Of a stretch of DNA of 64,000 bases, positions 1-12,000 are shown one piece after another. Under the pieces are notes generated by a model. The model was given only the letters and a program-made list of their open reading frames with translations, ran no database searches and was not told the DNA's origin. A program made the position numbers and the translations under genes. Source of the stretch: Nemertoderma westbladi (lineage: Eukaryota > Animalia > Xenacoelomorpha); contig JAUCBJ010000488.1 of assembly GCA_032718475.1 (NCBI GenBank), forward strand, positions 68,710-132,709. Reading direction: 5' to 3'. Numbering within the stretch: position 1 is the stretch's first letter; each line of letters opens with the position of its first letter.

Positions 1-3000
1 AAAATAAAGTTAGCGGTGTCAGGGTGGTATAAGTAAAATAAAGTTAGCGGTGTCAGAGTCAGGGTGGTACAAATAAAACAAAGTTAGCGGTGTCAGTGTC
101 AGGGTGGTACAAGTAAAATAAAGTTAGCGGTGTCAGAGTCAGGGTGGTACAAGTAAAATAAAGTTAGCGGTGTCAGAGTCAGTGTGGTACAAGTAAAATA
201 AAGTTAGCGGTGTCAGGGTGGTATAAGTAAAATAAAGTTAGCGGTGTCAGAGTCAGGGTGGTACAAGTAAAACAAAGTTAGCGGTGTCAGTGTCAGGGTG
301 GTACAAGTAAAATAAAGTTAGCGGTGTCAGTGTCAGGGTGGTACAAGTAAAATAAAGTTAGCGGTGTCAGAGTCAGGGTGGTACAAGTAAAATAAAGTTA
401 GCGGTGTCAGTGTCAGGGTGGTACAAGTAAAATAAAGTTAGCGGTGTCAGAGTCAGGGTGGTACAAGTAAAATAAAGTTAGCGTGTCAGTGTCAGGGTGG
501 TACAAGTAAAATAAAGTTAGCGGTGTCAGAGTCAGGGGGTACAAGTAAAAGAAAGTTAGCGGTGTCAGAGTCAGGGTGGTACAAGTAAAATAAAGTTAGC
601 GTGTCAGTGTTAGGGTGGTACAAGTAAAATAAAGTTAGCGTGTCAGTGTCAGGGTGGTACAAGTAAAATAAAGTTAGCGGTGTCAGGGTGGTATAAGTAA
701 AATAAAGTTAGCGTGTCAGAGTCAGGGTGGTACAAATAAAATAAAGTTAGCGGTGTCAGTGTCAGGGTGGTACAAGTAAAATAAACTTAGCGGTGTCAGA
801 GTCAGGGTGGTACAAGTAAAACAAAGTTAGCGCTGTCAGTGTCAGGGTGGTACAAGTAAAATAAAGTTAGCGGTGTCAGTGTCAGGGTGGTACAAGTAAA
901 ATAAAGTTAGCGCTGTCAGTGTCAGGGTGGTACAAGTAAAATAAAGTTAGCGGTGTCAGTGTCAGAGTGGTACAAGTAAAATAAAGTTAGCGGTGTCAGA
1001 GTCAGGGTGGTACAAGTAAAACAAAGTTAGCGGTGTCAGAGTCAGGGTGGTACAAGTAAAATAAAGTTAGCGGTGTCAGGGTGGTACAAGTAAAATAAAG
1101 TTAGCGGTGTCAGTGTCAGGGTGGTACAAGTAAAATAAAGTTAGCGTGTCAGTGTCAGGGTGGTACAAGTAAAATAAAGTTAGCGGTGTCAGAGTCAGGG
1201 TGGTACAAGTAAAATAAAGTTAGCGGTGTCAGGGTGGTACAAGTAAAATAAAGTTAGCGGTGTCAGGGTGGTACAAGTAAAATAAAGTTAGCGGTGTCAG
1301 AGTCAGGGTGGTATAAGTAAAATAAAGTTAGCGGTGTCAGAGTCAGGGTGGTACAAGTAAAATAAAGTTAGCGGTGTCAGTGTCAGGGTGGTACAAGTAA
1401 AACAAAGTTAGCGGTGTCAGAGTCAGGGTGGTACAAGTAAAATAAAGTTAGCGGTGTCAGGGTGGTACAAGTAAAATAAAGTTAGCGGTGTCAGAGTCAG
1501 GGTGGTACAAGTAAAATAAAGTTAGCGGTGTCAGGGTGGTACAAGTAAAACAAAGTTAGCGGTGTCAGTGTCGGGGTGGTACAAGTAAAATAAAGTTAGC
1601 GGTGTCAGTGTCAGGGTGGTACAAGTAAAATAAAGTTAGCGGTGTCAGTGTCAGGGTGGTACAAGTAAAATAAAGTTAGCGGTGTCAGTGTCAGGGTGGT
1701 ATAAGTAAAATAAAGTTAGCGGTGTCAGAGTCAGGGTGGTACAAGTAAAATAAAGTTAGCGGTGTCAGTGTCAGGGTGGTACAAGTAAAATAAAGTTAGC
1801 GGTGTCAGTGTCAGGGTGGTACAAGTAAAATAAAGTTAGCAGTGTCAGAGTCAGGGTGGTACAAGTAAAATAAAGTTAGCGGTGTCAGAGTCAGGGTGGT
1901 ACAAGTGAAATAAAGTTAGCGTGTCAGAGTCAGGGTGGTACAAGTAAAATAAAGTTAGCGGTGTCAGAGTTAGGGTGGTACAAGTAAAATAAAGTTAGCG
2001 GTGTCAGAGTCAGGGCGGTACAAGTAAAATAATGTTAGCGGTGTCAGAGTCAGGGTGGTACAAGTAAAATAAAGTTAGCATGTCAGTGTCAGGGTGGTAC
2101 AAGTAAAATAAAGTTAGCGGTGTCAGAGTCAGGGTGGTACAAGTAAAATAAAGTTAGCGGTGTCAGAGTCAGGGTGGTACAAGTAAAATAAAGTTAGCGG
2201 TGTCAGAGTCAGGGTGGTACAAGTAAAATAAAGTTAGCGGTGTCAGGGTGGTATAAGTAAAATAAAGTTAGCGGTGTCAGAGTCAGGGTGGTACAAGTAA
2301 AACAAAGTTAGCGGTGTCAGTGTCAGGGTGGTACAAGTAAAATAAAGTTAGCGGTGTCAGTGTCAGGGTGGTACAAGTAAAATAAAGTTAGCGGTGTCAG
2401 AGTCAGGGTGGTACAAGTAAAATAAAGTTAGCGGTGTCAGAGTCAGGGTGGTACAAGTAAAATAAAGTTAGCGGTGTCAGAGTCAGGGTGGTACAAGTAA
2501 AATAAAGTTAGCGGTGTCAGAGTCAGGGTGGTACAAGTAAAATAAAGTTAGCGGTGTCAGAGTCAGGGTGGTACAAGTAAAATAAAGTTAGCGGTGTCAG
2601 GGTGGTATAAGTAAAATAAAGTTAGCGGTGTCAGAGTCAGGGTGGTACAAATAAAACAAAGTTAGCGGTGTCAGTGTCAGGGTGGTACAAGTAAAATAAA
2701 GTTAGCGGTGTCAGAGTCAGGGTGGTACAAGTAAAATAAAGTTAGCGGTGTCAGAGTCAGGGTGGTACAAGTAAAATAAAGTTAGCGGTGTCAGGGTGGT
2801 ATAAGTAAAATAAAGTTAGCGGTGTCAGAGTCAGGGTGGTACAAGTAAAACAAAGTTAGCGGTGTCAGTGTCAGGGTGGTACAAGTAAAATAAAGTTAGC
2901 GGTGTCAGTGTCAGGGTGGTACAAGTAAAATAAAGTTAGCGGTGTCAGAGTCAGGGTGGTACAAGTAAAATAAAGTTAGCGGTGTCAGTGTCAGGGTGGT

Positions 3001-6000
3001 ACAAGTAAAATAAAGTTAGCGGTGTCAGAGTCAGGGTGGTACAAGTAAAATAAAGTTAGCGTGTCAGTGTCAGGGTGGTACAAGTAAAATAAAGTTAGCG
3101 GTGTCAGAGTCAGGGTGGTACAAGTAAAACAAAGTTAGCGGTGTCAGAGTCAGGGTGGTACAAGTAAAATAAAGTTAGCGTGTCAGTGTTAGGGTGGTAC
3201 AAGTAAAATAAAGTTAGCGTGTCAGTGTCAGGGTGGTACAAGTAAAATAAAGTTAGCGGTGTCAGGGTGGTATAAGTAAAATAAAGTTAGCGTGTCAGAG
3301 TCAGGGTGGTACAAATAAAATAAAGTTAGCGGTGTCAGTGTCAGGGTGGTACAAGTAAAATAAACTTAGCGGTGTCAGAGTCAGGGTGGTACAAGTAAAA
3401 CAAAGTTAGCGCTGTCAGTGTCAGGGTGGTACAAGTAAAATAAAGTTAGCGGTGTCAGTGTCAGGGTGGTACAAGTAAAATAAAGTTAGCGCTGTCAGTG
3501 TCAGGGTGGTACAAGTAAAATAAAGTTAGCGGTGTCAGTGTCAGAGTGGTACAAGTAAAATAAAGTTAGCGGTGTCAGAGTCAGGGTGGTACAAGTAAAA
3601 CAAAGTTAGCGGTGTCAGAGTCAGGGTGGTACAAGTAAAATAAAGTTAGCGGTGTCAGGGTGGTACAAGTAAAATAAAGTTAGCGGTGTCAGTGTCAGGG
3701 TGGTACAAGTAAAATAAAGTTAGCGTGTCAGTGTCAGGGTGGTACAAGTAAAATAAAGTTAGCGGTGTCAGAGTCAGGGTGGTACAAGTAAAATAAAGTT
3801 AGCGGTGTCAGGGTGGTACAAGTAAAATAAAGTTAGCGGTGTCAGGGTGGTACAAGTAAAATAAAGTTAGCGGTGTCAGAGTCAGGGTGGTATAAGTAAA
3901 ATAAAGTTAGCGGTGTCAGAGTCAGGGTGGTACAAGTAAAATAAAGTTAGCGGTGTCAGTGTCAGGGTGGTACAAGTAAAACAAAGTTAGCGGTGTCAGA
4001 GTCAGGGTGGTACAAGTAAAATAAAGTTAGCGGTGTCAGGGTGGTACAAGTAAAATAAAGTTAGCGGTGTCAGAGTCAGGGTGGTACAAGTAAAATGAAG
4101 TTAGCGGTGTCAGGGTGGTACAAGTAAAACAAAGTTAGCGGTGTCAGTGTCGGGGTGGTACAAGTAAAATAAAGTTAGCGGTGTCAGTGTCAGGGTGGTA
4201 CAAGTAAAATAAAGTTAGCGGTGTCAGTGTCAGGGTGGTACAAGTAAAATAAAGTTAGCGGTGTCAGTGTCAGGGTGGTACAAGTAAAATAAAGTTAGCG
4301 GTGTCAGAGTCAGGGTGGTACAAGTAAAATAAAGTTAGCGGTGTCAGTGTCAGGGTGGTACAAGTAAAATAAAGTTAGCGGTGTCAGTGTCAGGGTGGTA
4401 CAAGTAAAATAAAGTTAGCAGTGTCAGAGTCAGGGTGGTACAAGTAAAATAAAGTTAGCGGTGTCAGAGTCAGGGTGGTACAAGTGAAATAAAGTTAGCG
4501 TGTCAGAGTCAGGGTGGTACAAGTAAAATAAAGTTAGCGGTGTCAGGGTGGTACAAGTAAAACAAAGTTAGCGGTGTCAGAGTCAGGGTGGTATAAGTAA
4601 AATAAAGTTAGCGGTGTCAGTGTCAGGGTGGTACAAGTAAAATAAAGTTAGCGGTGTCAGAGTCAGGGTGGTACAAGTAAAATAAAGTTAGCGGTGTCAG
4701 GGTGGTACAAGTAAAATAAAGTTAGCGGTGTCAGGGTGGTACAAGTAAAACAAAGTTAGCGGTGTCAGAGTCAGGGTGGTACAAGTAAAATAAAGTTAGC
4801 GGTGTCAGAGTCAGGGTGGTACAAGTAAAATAAAGTTAGCGTGTCAGAGTCAGGGTGGTACAAGTAAAATAAAGTTAGCGGTGTCAGTGTCAGGGTGGTA
4901 CAAGTAAAATAAAGTTAGCGGTGTCAGTGTCAGGGTGGTACAAGTAAAATAAAGTTAGCGGTGTCAGTGTCAGGGTGGTACAAGTAAAATAAAGTTAGCG
5001 GTGTCAGGGTGGTACAAGTAAAACAAAGTTAGCGATGTCAGAGTCAGGGTGGTACAAGTAAAATAAAGTTAGCGGTGTCAGAGTCAGGGCGGTACAAGTA
5101 AAATAAAGTTAGCGGTGTCAGGGTGGTACAAGTAAAACAAAGTTAGCGGTGTCAGAGTCAGGGTGGTACAAGTAAAATAAAGTTAGCGGTGTCAGAGTCA
5201 GGGTGGTACAAGTAAAATAAAGTTAGCGTGTCAGAGTCAGGGTGGTACAAGTAAAATAAAGTTAGCGGTGTCAGTGTCAGGGTGGTACAAGTAAAATAAA
5301 GTTAGCGGTGTCAGAGTCAGGGTGGTACAAGTAAAATAAAGTTAGCGGTGTCAGAGTCAGGGTGGTACAAGTAAAATAAAGTTAGCGTGTCAGAGTCAGG
5401 GTGGTACAAGTAAAATAAGGTTAGCGGTGTCAGTGTCAGGGTGGTACAAGTAAAATAAAGTTAGCGCTGTCAGTGTCAGGGTGGTACAAGTAAAATAAAG
5501 TTAGCGGTGTCAGTGTCAGGGTGTTACAAGTAAAATAAAGTTAGCGGTGTCAGGGTGGTACAAGTAAAATAAAGTTAGCGTGTCAGTGTCAGGGTGGTAC
5601 AAGTAAAATAAAGTTAGCGGTGTCAGAGTCAGGGTGGTACAAGTAAAATAAAGTTAGCGGTGTCAGGGTGGTACAAGTAAAATAAAGTTAGCGGTGTCAG
5701 GGTGGTACAAGTAAAATAAAGTTAGCGGTGTCAGAGTCAGGGTGGTATAAGTAAAATAAAGTTAGCGGTGTCAGAGTCAGGGTGGTAAAATAAAGTTAGC
5801 GGTGTCAGTGTCAGGGTGGTACAAGTAAAACAAAGTTAGCGGTGTCAGAGTCAGGGTGGTACAAGTAAAATAAAGTTAGCGGTGTCAGGGTGGTACAAAT
5901 AAAATAAAGTTAGCGGTGTCAGAGTCAGGGTGGTACAAGTAAAATAAAGTTAGCGGTGTCAGGGTGGTACAAGTAAAACAAAGTTAGCGGTGTCAGTGTC

Positions 6001-9000
6001 GGGGTGGTACAAGTAAAATAAAGTTAGCGGTGTCAGTGTCAGGGTGGTACAAGTAAAATAAATTTAGCGGTGTCATTGTCAGGGTGGTACAAGTAAAATA
6101 AAGTTAGCGGTGTCAGTGTCAGGGTGGTACAAGTAAAATAAAGTTAGCGGTGTCAGAGTCAGGGTGGTACAAGTAAAATAAAGTTAGCGGTGTCAGTGTC
6201 AGGGTGGTACAAGTAAAATAAAGTTAGCGGTGTCAGTGTCAGGGTGGTACAAGTAAAATAAAGTTAGCAGTGTCAGAGTCAGGGTGGTACAAGTAAAATA
6301 AAGTTAGCGGTGTCAGAGTCAGGGTGGTACAAGTAAAATAAAGTTAGCGTGTCAGAGTCAGGGTGGTACAAGTAAAATAAAGTTAGCGGTGTCAGTGTCA
6401 GGGTGGTACAAGTAAAATAAAGTTAGCGGTGTCAGAGTCAGGGTGGTACAAGTAAAATAAAGTTAGCGGTGTCAGAGTCAGGGTGGTACAAGTAAAATAA
6501 AGTTAGCGTGTCAGAGTCAGGGTGGTACAAGTAAAATAAGGTTAGCGGTGTCAGTGTCAGGGTGGTACAAGTAAAATAAAGTTAGCGCTGTCAGTGTCAG
6601 GGTGGTACAAGTAAAATAAAGTTAGCGGTGTCAGTGTCAGGGTGGTACAAGTAAAATAAAGTTAGCGGTGTCAGTGTCAGGGTGGTACAAGTAAAATAAA
6701 GTTAGCGGTGTCAGGGTGGTACAAGTAAAATAAAGTTAGCGGTGTCAGAGTCAGGGTGGTACAAGTAAAATAAAGTTAGCGGTGTCAGGGTGGTACAAGT
6801 AAAATAAAGTTAGCGGTGTCAGGGTGGTACAAGTAAAATAAAGTTAGCGGTGTCAGAGTCAGGGTGGTATAAGTAAAATAAAGTTAGCGGTGTCAGAGTC
6901 AGGGTGGTAAAATAAAGTTAGCGGTGTCAGTGTCAGGGTGGTACAAGTAAAACAAAGTTAGCGGTGTCAGAGTCAGGGTGGTACAAGTAAAATAAAGTTA
7001 GCGGTGTCAGGGTGGTACAAGTAAAATAAAGTTAGCGGTGTCAGAGTCAGGGTGGTACAAGTAAAATAAAGTTAGCGGTGTCAGGGTGGTACAAGTAAAA
7101 CAAAGTTAGCGGTGTCAGTGTCGGGGTGGTACAAGTAAAATAAAGTTAGCGGTGTCAGTGTCAGGGTGGTACAAGTAAAATAAGTTTAGCGGTGTCATTG
7201 TCAGGGTGGTACAAGTAAAATAAAGTTAGCGGTGTCAGTGTCAGGGTGGTACAAGTAAAATAAAGTTAGCGGTGTCAGAGTCAGGGTGGTACAAGTAAAA
7301 TAAAGTTAGCGGTGTCAGTGTCAGGGTGGTACAAGTAAAATAAAGTTAGCGGTGTCAGTGTCAGGGTGGTACAAGTAAAATAAAGTTAGCAGTGTCAGAG
7401 TCAGGGTGGTACAAGTAAAATAAAGTTAGCGGTGTCAGAGTCAGGGTGGTACAAGTGAAATAAAGTTAGCGTGTCAGAGTCAGGGTGGTACAAGTAAAAT
7501 AAAGTTAGCGGTGTCAGGGTGGTACAAGTAAAACAAAGTTAGCGGTGTCAGAGTCAGGGTGGTACAAGTAAAATAAAGTTAGCGGTGTCAGTGTCAGGGT
7601 GGTACAAGTAAAATAAAGTTAGCGGTGTCAGAGTCAGGGTGGTACAAGTAAAATAAAGTTAGCGGTGTCAGGGTGGTACAAGTAAAATAAAGTTAGCGGT
7701 GTCAGGGTGGTACAAGTAAAACAAAGTTAGCGGTGTCAGAGTCAGGGTGGTACAAGTAAAATAAAGTTAGCGGTGTCAGAGTCAGGGTGGTACAAGTAAA
7801 ATAAAGTTAGCGTGTCAGAGTCAGGGTGGTACAAGTAAAATAAAGTTAGCGGTGTCAGTGTCAGGGTGGTACAAGTAAAATAAAGTTAGCGGTGTCAGTG
7901 TCAGGGTGGTACAAGTAAAATAAAGTTAGCGGTGTCAGTGTCAGGGTGGTACAAGTAAAATAAAGTTAGCGGTGTCAGGGTGGTACAAGTAAAACAAAGT
8001 TAGCGGTGTCAGAGTCAGGGTGGTACAAGTAAAATAAAGTTAGCGGTGTCAGAGTCAGGGCGGTACAAGTAAAATAAAGTTAGCGGTGTCAGGGTGGTAC
8101 AAGTAAAACAAAGTTAGCGGTGTCAGAGACAGGGTGGTACAAGTAAAATAAAGTTAGCGGTGTCAGAGTCAGGGTGGTACAAGTAAAATAAAGTTAGCGT
8201 GTCAGAGTCAGGGTGGTACAAGTAAAATAAAGTTAGCGGTGTCAGTGTCAGGGTGGTACAAGTAAAATAAAGTTAGCGGTGTCAGAGTCAGGGTGGTACA
8301 AGTAAAATAAAGTTAGCGGTGTCAGAGTCAGGGTGGTACAAGTAAAATAAAGTTAGCGTGTCAGAGTCAGGGTGGTACAAGTAAAATAAGGTTAGCGGTG
8401 TCAGTGTCAGGGTGGTACAAGTAAAATAAAGTTAGCGCTGTCAGTGTCAGGGTGGTACAAGTAAAATAAAGTTAGCGGTGTCAGTGTCAGGGTGGTACAA
8501 GTAAAATAAAGTTAGCGGTGTCAGGGTGGTACAAGTAAAACAAAGTTAGCGGTGTCAGAGTCAGGGTGGTACAAGTAAAATAAAGTTAGCGGTGGCAGTG
8601 TCAGGGTGGTACAAGTAAAATAAAGTTAGCGGTGTCAGGGTGGTATAAGTAAAATAAAGTTAGCGTGTCAGAGTCAGGGTGGTACAAGTAAAATAAAGTT
8701 AGCGGTGTCAGAGTCAGGGTGGTACAAGTAAAATAAAGTTAGCGGTGTCAGTGTCAGGGTGGTACAAGTAAAATAAAGTTAGCGGTGTCAGTGTCAGGGT
8801 GGTACAAGTAAAATAAAGTTAGCGGTGTCAGGGTGGTATAAGTAAAATAAAGCTAGCGGTGTCAGAGTCAGGGTGGTACAAGTAAAATAAAGTTAGCGGT
8901 GTCAGAGTCAGGGTGGTACAAGTAAAATAAAGTTAGCGGTGTCAGAGTCAGGGTGGTACAAGTAAAATAAAGTTAGCGGTGTCAGGGTGGTATAAGTAAA

Positions 9001-12000
9001 ATAAAGTTAGCGTGTCAGAGTCAGGGTGGTACAAGTAAAATAAAGTTAGCGGTGTCAGAGTCAGGGTGGTACAAGTAAAATAAAGTTAGCGGTGTCAGTT
9101 TCAGGGTGGTACAAGTAAAATAAAGTTAGCGGTGTCAGGGTGGTATAAGTAAAATAAAGTTAGCGTGTCAGAGTCAGGGTGGTACAAGTAAAATAAAGTT
9201 AGCGGTGTCAGAGTCAGGGTGGTACAAGTAAAATAAAGTTAGCGGTGTCAGTGTCAGGGTGGTACAAGTAAAATAAAGTTAGCGGTGTCAGTGTCAGGGT
9301 GGTACAAGTAAAATAAAGTTAGCGGTGTCAGGGTGGTATAAGTAAAATAAAGTTAGCGGTGTCAGAGTCAGGGTGGTACAAGTAAAATAAAGTTAGCGGT
9401 GTCAGGGTGGTATAAGTAAAATAAAGTTAGCGGTGTCAGAGTCAGGGTGGTACAAGTAAAATAAAGTTAGCGGTGTCAGAGTCAGGGTGGTACAAGTAAA
9501 ATAAAGTTAGCGGTGTCAGAGTCAGGGTGGTACAAGTAAAATAAAGTTAGCGGTGTCAGTGTCAGGGTGGTACAAGTAAAATAAAGTTAGCGGTGTCAGG
9601 GTGGTATAAGTAAAATAAAGTTAGCGGTGTCAGAGTCAGGGTGGTACAAGTAAAATAAAGTTAGCGGTGTCAGATTCAGGGTGGTACAAGTAAAATAAAG
9701 TTAGCGGTGTCAGAGTCAGGGTGGTACAAGTAAAATAAAGTTAGCGGTGTCAAAGTCAGGGTGGTACAAGTAAAATAAAGTTAGCGTGTCAGTGTCAGGG
9801 TGGTACAAGTAAAATAAAGTTAGCGGTGTCAAAGTCAGGGTGGTACAAGTAAAATAAAGTTAGCGGTGTCAGAGTCAGGGTGGTACAAGTAAAATAAAGT
9901 TAGCGGTGTCAGAGTCAGGGTGGTACAAGTAAAATAAAGTTAGCGGTGTCAGAGTCAGGGTGGTACAAGTAAAATAAAGTTAGCGGTGTCAGAGTCAGGG
10001 TGGTACAAGTAAAATAAAGTTAGCGGTGTCAGAGTCAGGGTGGTACAAGTAAAATAAAGTTAGCGTGTCAGTGTCAGGGTGGTACAAGTAAAATAAAGTT
10101 AGCGGTGTCAGAGTCAGGGTGGTACAAGTAAAATAAAGTTAGCGGTGTCAGAGTCAGGGTGGTACAAGTAAAATAAAGTTAGCGGTGTCAGAGTCAGGGT
10201 GGTACAAGTAAAATAAAGTTAGCGGTGTCAGAGTCAGGGTGGTACAAGTAAAATAAAGTTAGCGGTGTCAGAGTCAGGGTGGTACAAGTAAAATAAAGTT
10301 AGCGTGTCAGTGTCAAGGTGGTACAAGTAAAATAAAGTTAGCGGTGTCAGAGTCAGGGTGGTACAAGTAAAATAAAGTTAGCGGTGTCAGAGTCAGGGTG
10401 GTACAAGTAAAATAAAGTTAGCGGTGTCAGAGTCAGGGTGGTACAAGTAAAATAAAGTTAGCGGTGTCAGAGTCAGGGTGGTACAAGTAAAATAAAGTTA
10501 GCGGTGTCAGAGTCAGGGTGGTACAAGTAAAATAAAGTTAGCGGTGTCAGAGTCAGGGTGGTACAAGTAAAATAAAGTTAGCGTGTCAGTGTCATGGTGG
10601 TACAAGTAAAATAAAGTTAGCGGTGTCAGAGTCAGGATGGTACAAGTAAAATAAGGTTAGCGGTGTCAGTGTCAGGGTGGTACAAGTAAAATAAAGTTAG
10701 CGGTGTCAGTGTCAGGGTGGTACAAGTAAAATAAAGTTAGCGGTGTCAGTGTCAGGGTGGTACAAGTAAAATAAAGTTAGCGTGTCAGTGTCAGGGTGGT
10801 ACAAGTAAAGAAAGTTAGCGGTGTCAGGGTGGTACAAGTAAAATAAAGTTAGCGTGTCAGTGTCAGGGTGGTACAAGTAAAATAAAGTTAGCGGTGTCAG
10901 GGTGGTACAAGTAAAATAAAGTTAGCGTGTCAGTGTCAGGGTGGTACAAGTAAAATAAAGTTAGCGGTGTCAGGGTGGTATAAGTAAAATAAAGTTAGCG
11001 TGTCAGAGTCAGGGTGGTACAAGTAAAATACAGTTAGCGGTGTCAGTGTCAGGGTGGTACAAGTAAAAGAAACTTAGCGGTGTCAGAGTCAGGGTGGTAC
11101 AAGTAAAATAAAGTTAGCGGTGTCAGAGTCAGGGTGGTACAAGTAAAATAAAGTTAGCGGTGTCAGAGTCAGGGTGGTACAAGTAAAATAAAGTTAGCGG
11201 TGTCAGAGTTAGGGTGGTACAAGTAAAATAAAGTTAGCGGTGTCAGAGTCAGGGTGGTACAAGTAAAATAAAGTTAGCGGTGTCAGAGTTAGGGTGGTAA
11301 AAGTAAAATAAAGTTAGCGGTGTCAGAGTCAGGGTGGTACAAGTAAAATAAAGTTAGCGGTGTCAGAGTTAGGGTGGAACAAGTAAAATAAAGTTAGCGG
11401 TGTCAGAGTCAGGGTGGTACAAGTAAAATAAAGTTAGCGGTGTCAGAGTCAGGGTGGTACAAGTAAAATAAAGTTAGCGGTGTCAGAGTTAGGGTGGTAC
11501 AAGTAAAATAAAATTAGCGGTGTCAGAGTCAGGGTGGTACAAGTAAAATAATGTTAGCGGTGTCAGAGTCAGGGTGGTACAAGTAAAATAAAGTTAGCGT
11601 GTCAGTGTCAGGGTGGTACAAGTAAAATAAAGTTAGCGGTGTCAGAGTCAGGGTGGTACAAGTAAAATAAAGTTAGCGGTGTCAGAGTCAGGGTGGTACA
11701 AGTAAAATAAAGTTAGCGTGTCAGTGTCAGGGTGGTACAAGTAAAATAAAGTTAGCGGTGTCAGAGTCAGGGTGGTACAAGGAAAATAAAGTTAGCGGTG
11801 TCAGAGTCAGGGTGGTACAAGTAAAATAAAGTTAGCGGTGTCAGAGTCAGGGTGGTACAAGTAAAATAAAGTTGGCGGTGTCAGAGTCAGGGTGGTACAA
11901 GTAAAATAAAGTTAGCGTGTCAGTGTCATGGTGGTACAAGTAAAATAAAGTTAGCGGTGTCAGAGTCAGGGTGGTACAAGTAAAATAAAGTTAGCGGTGT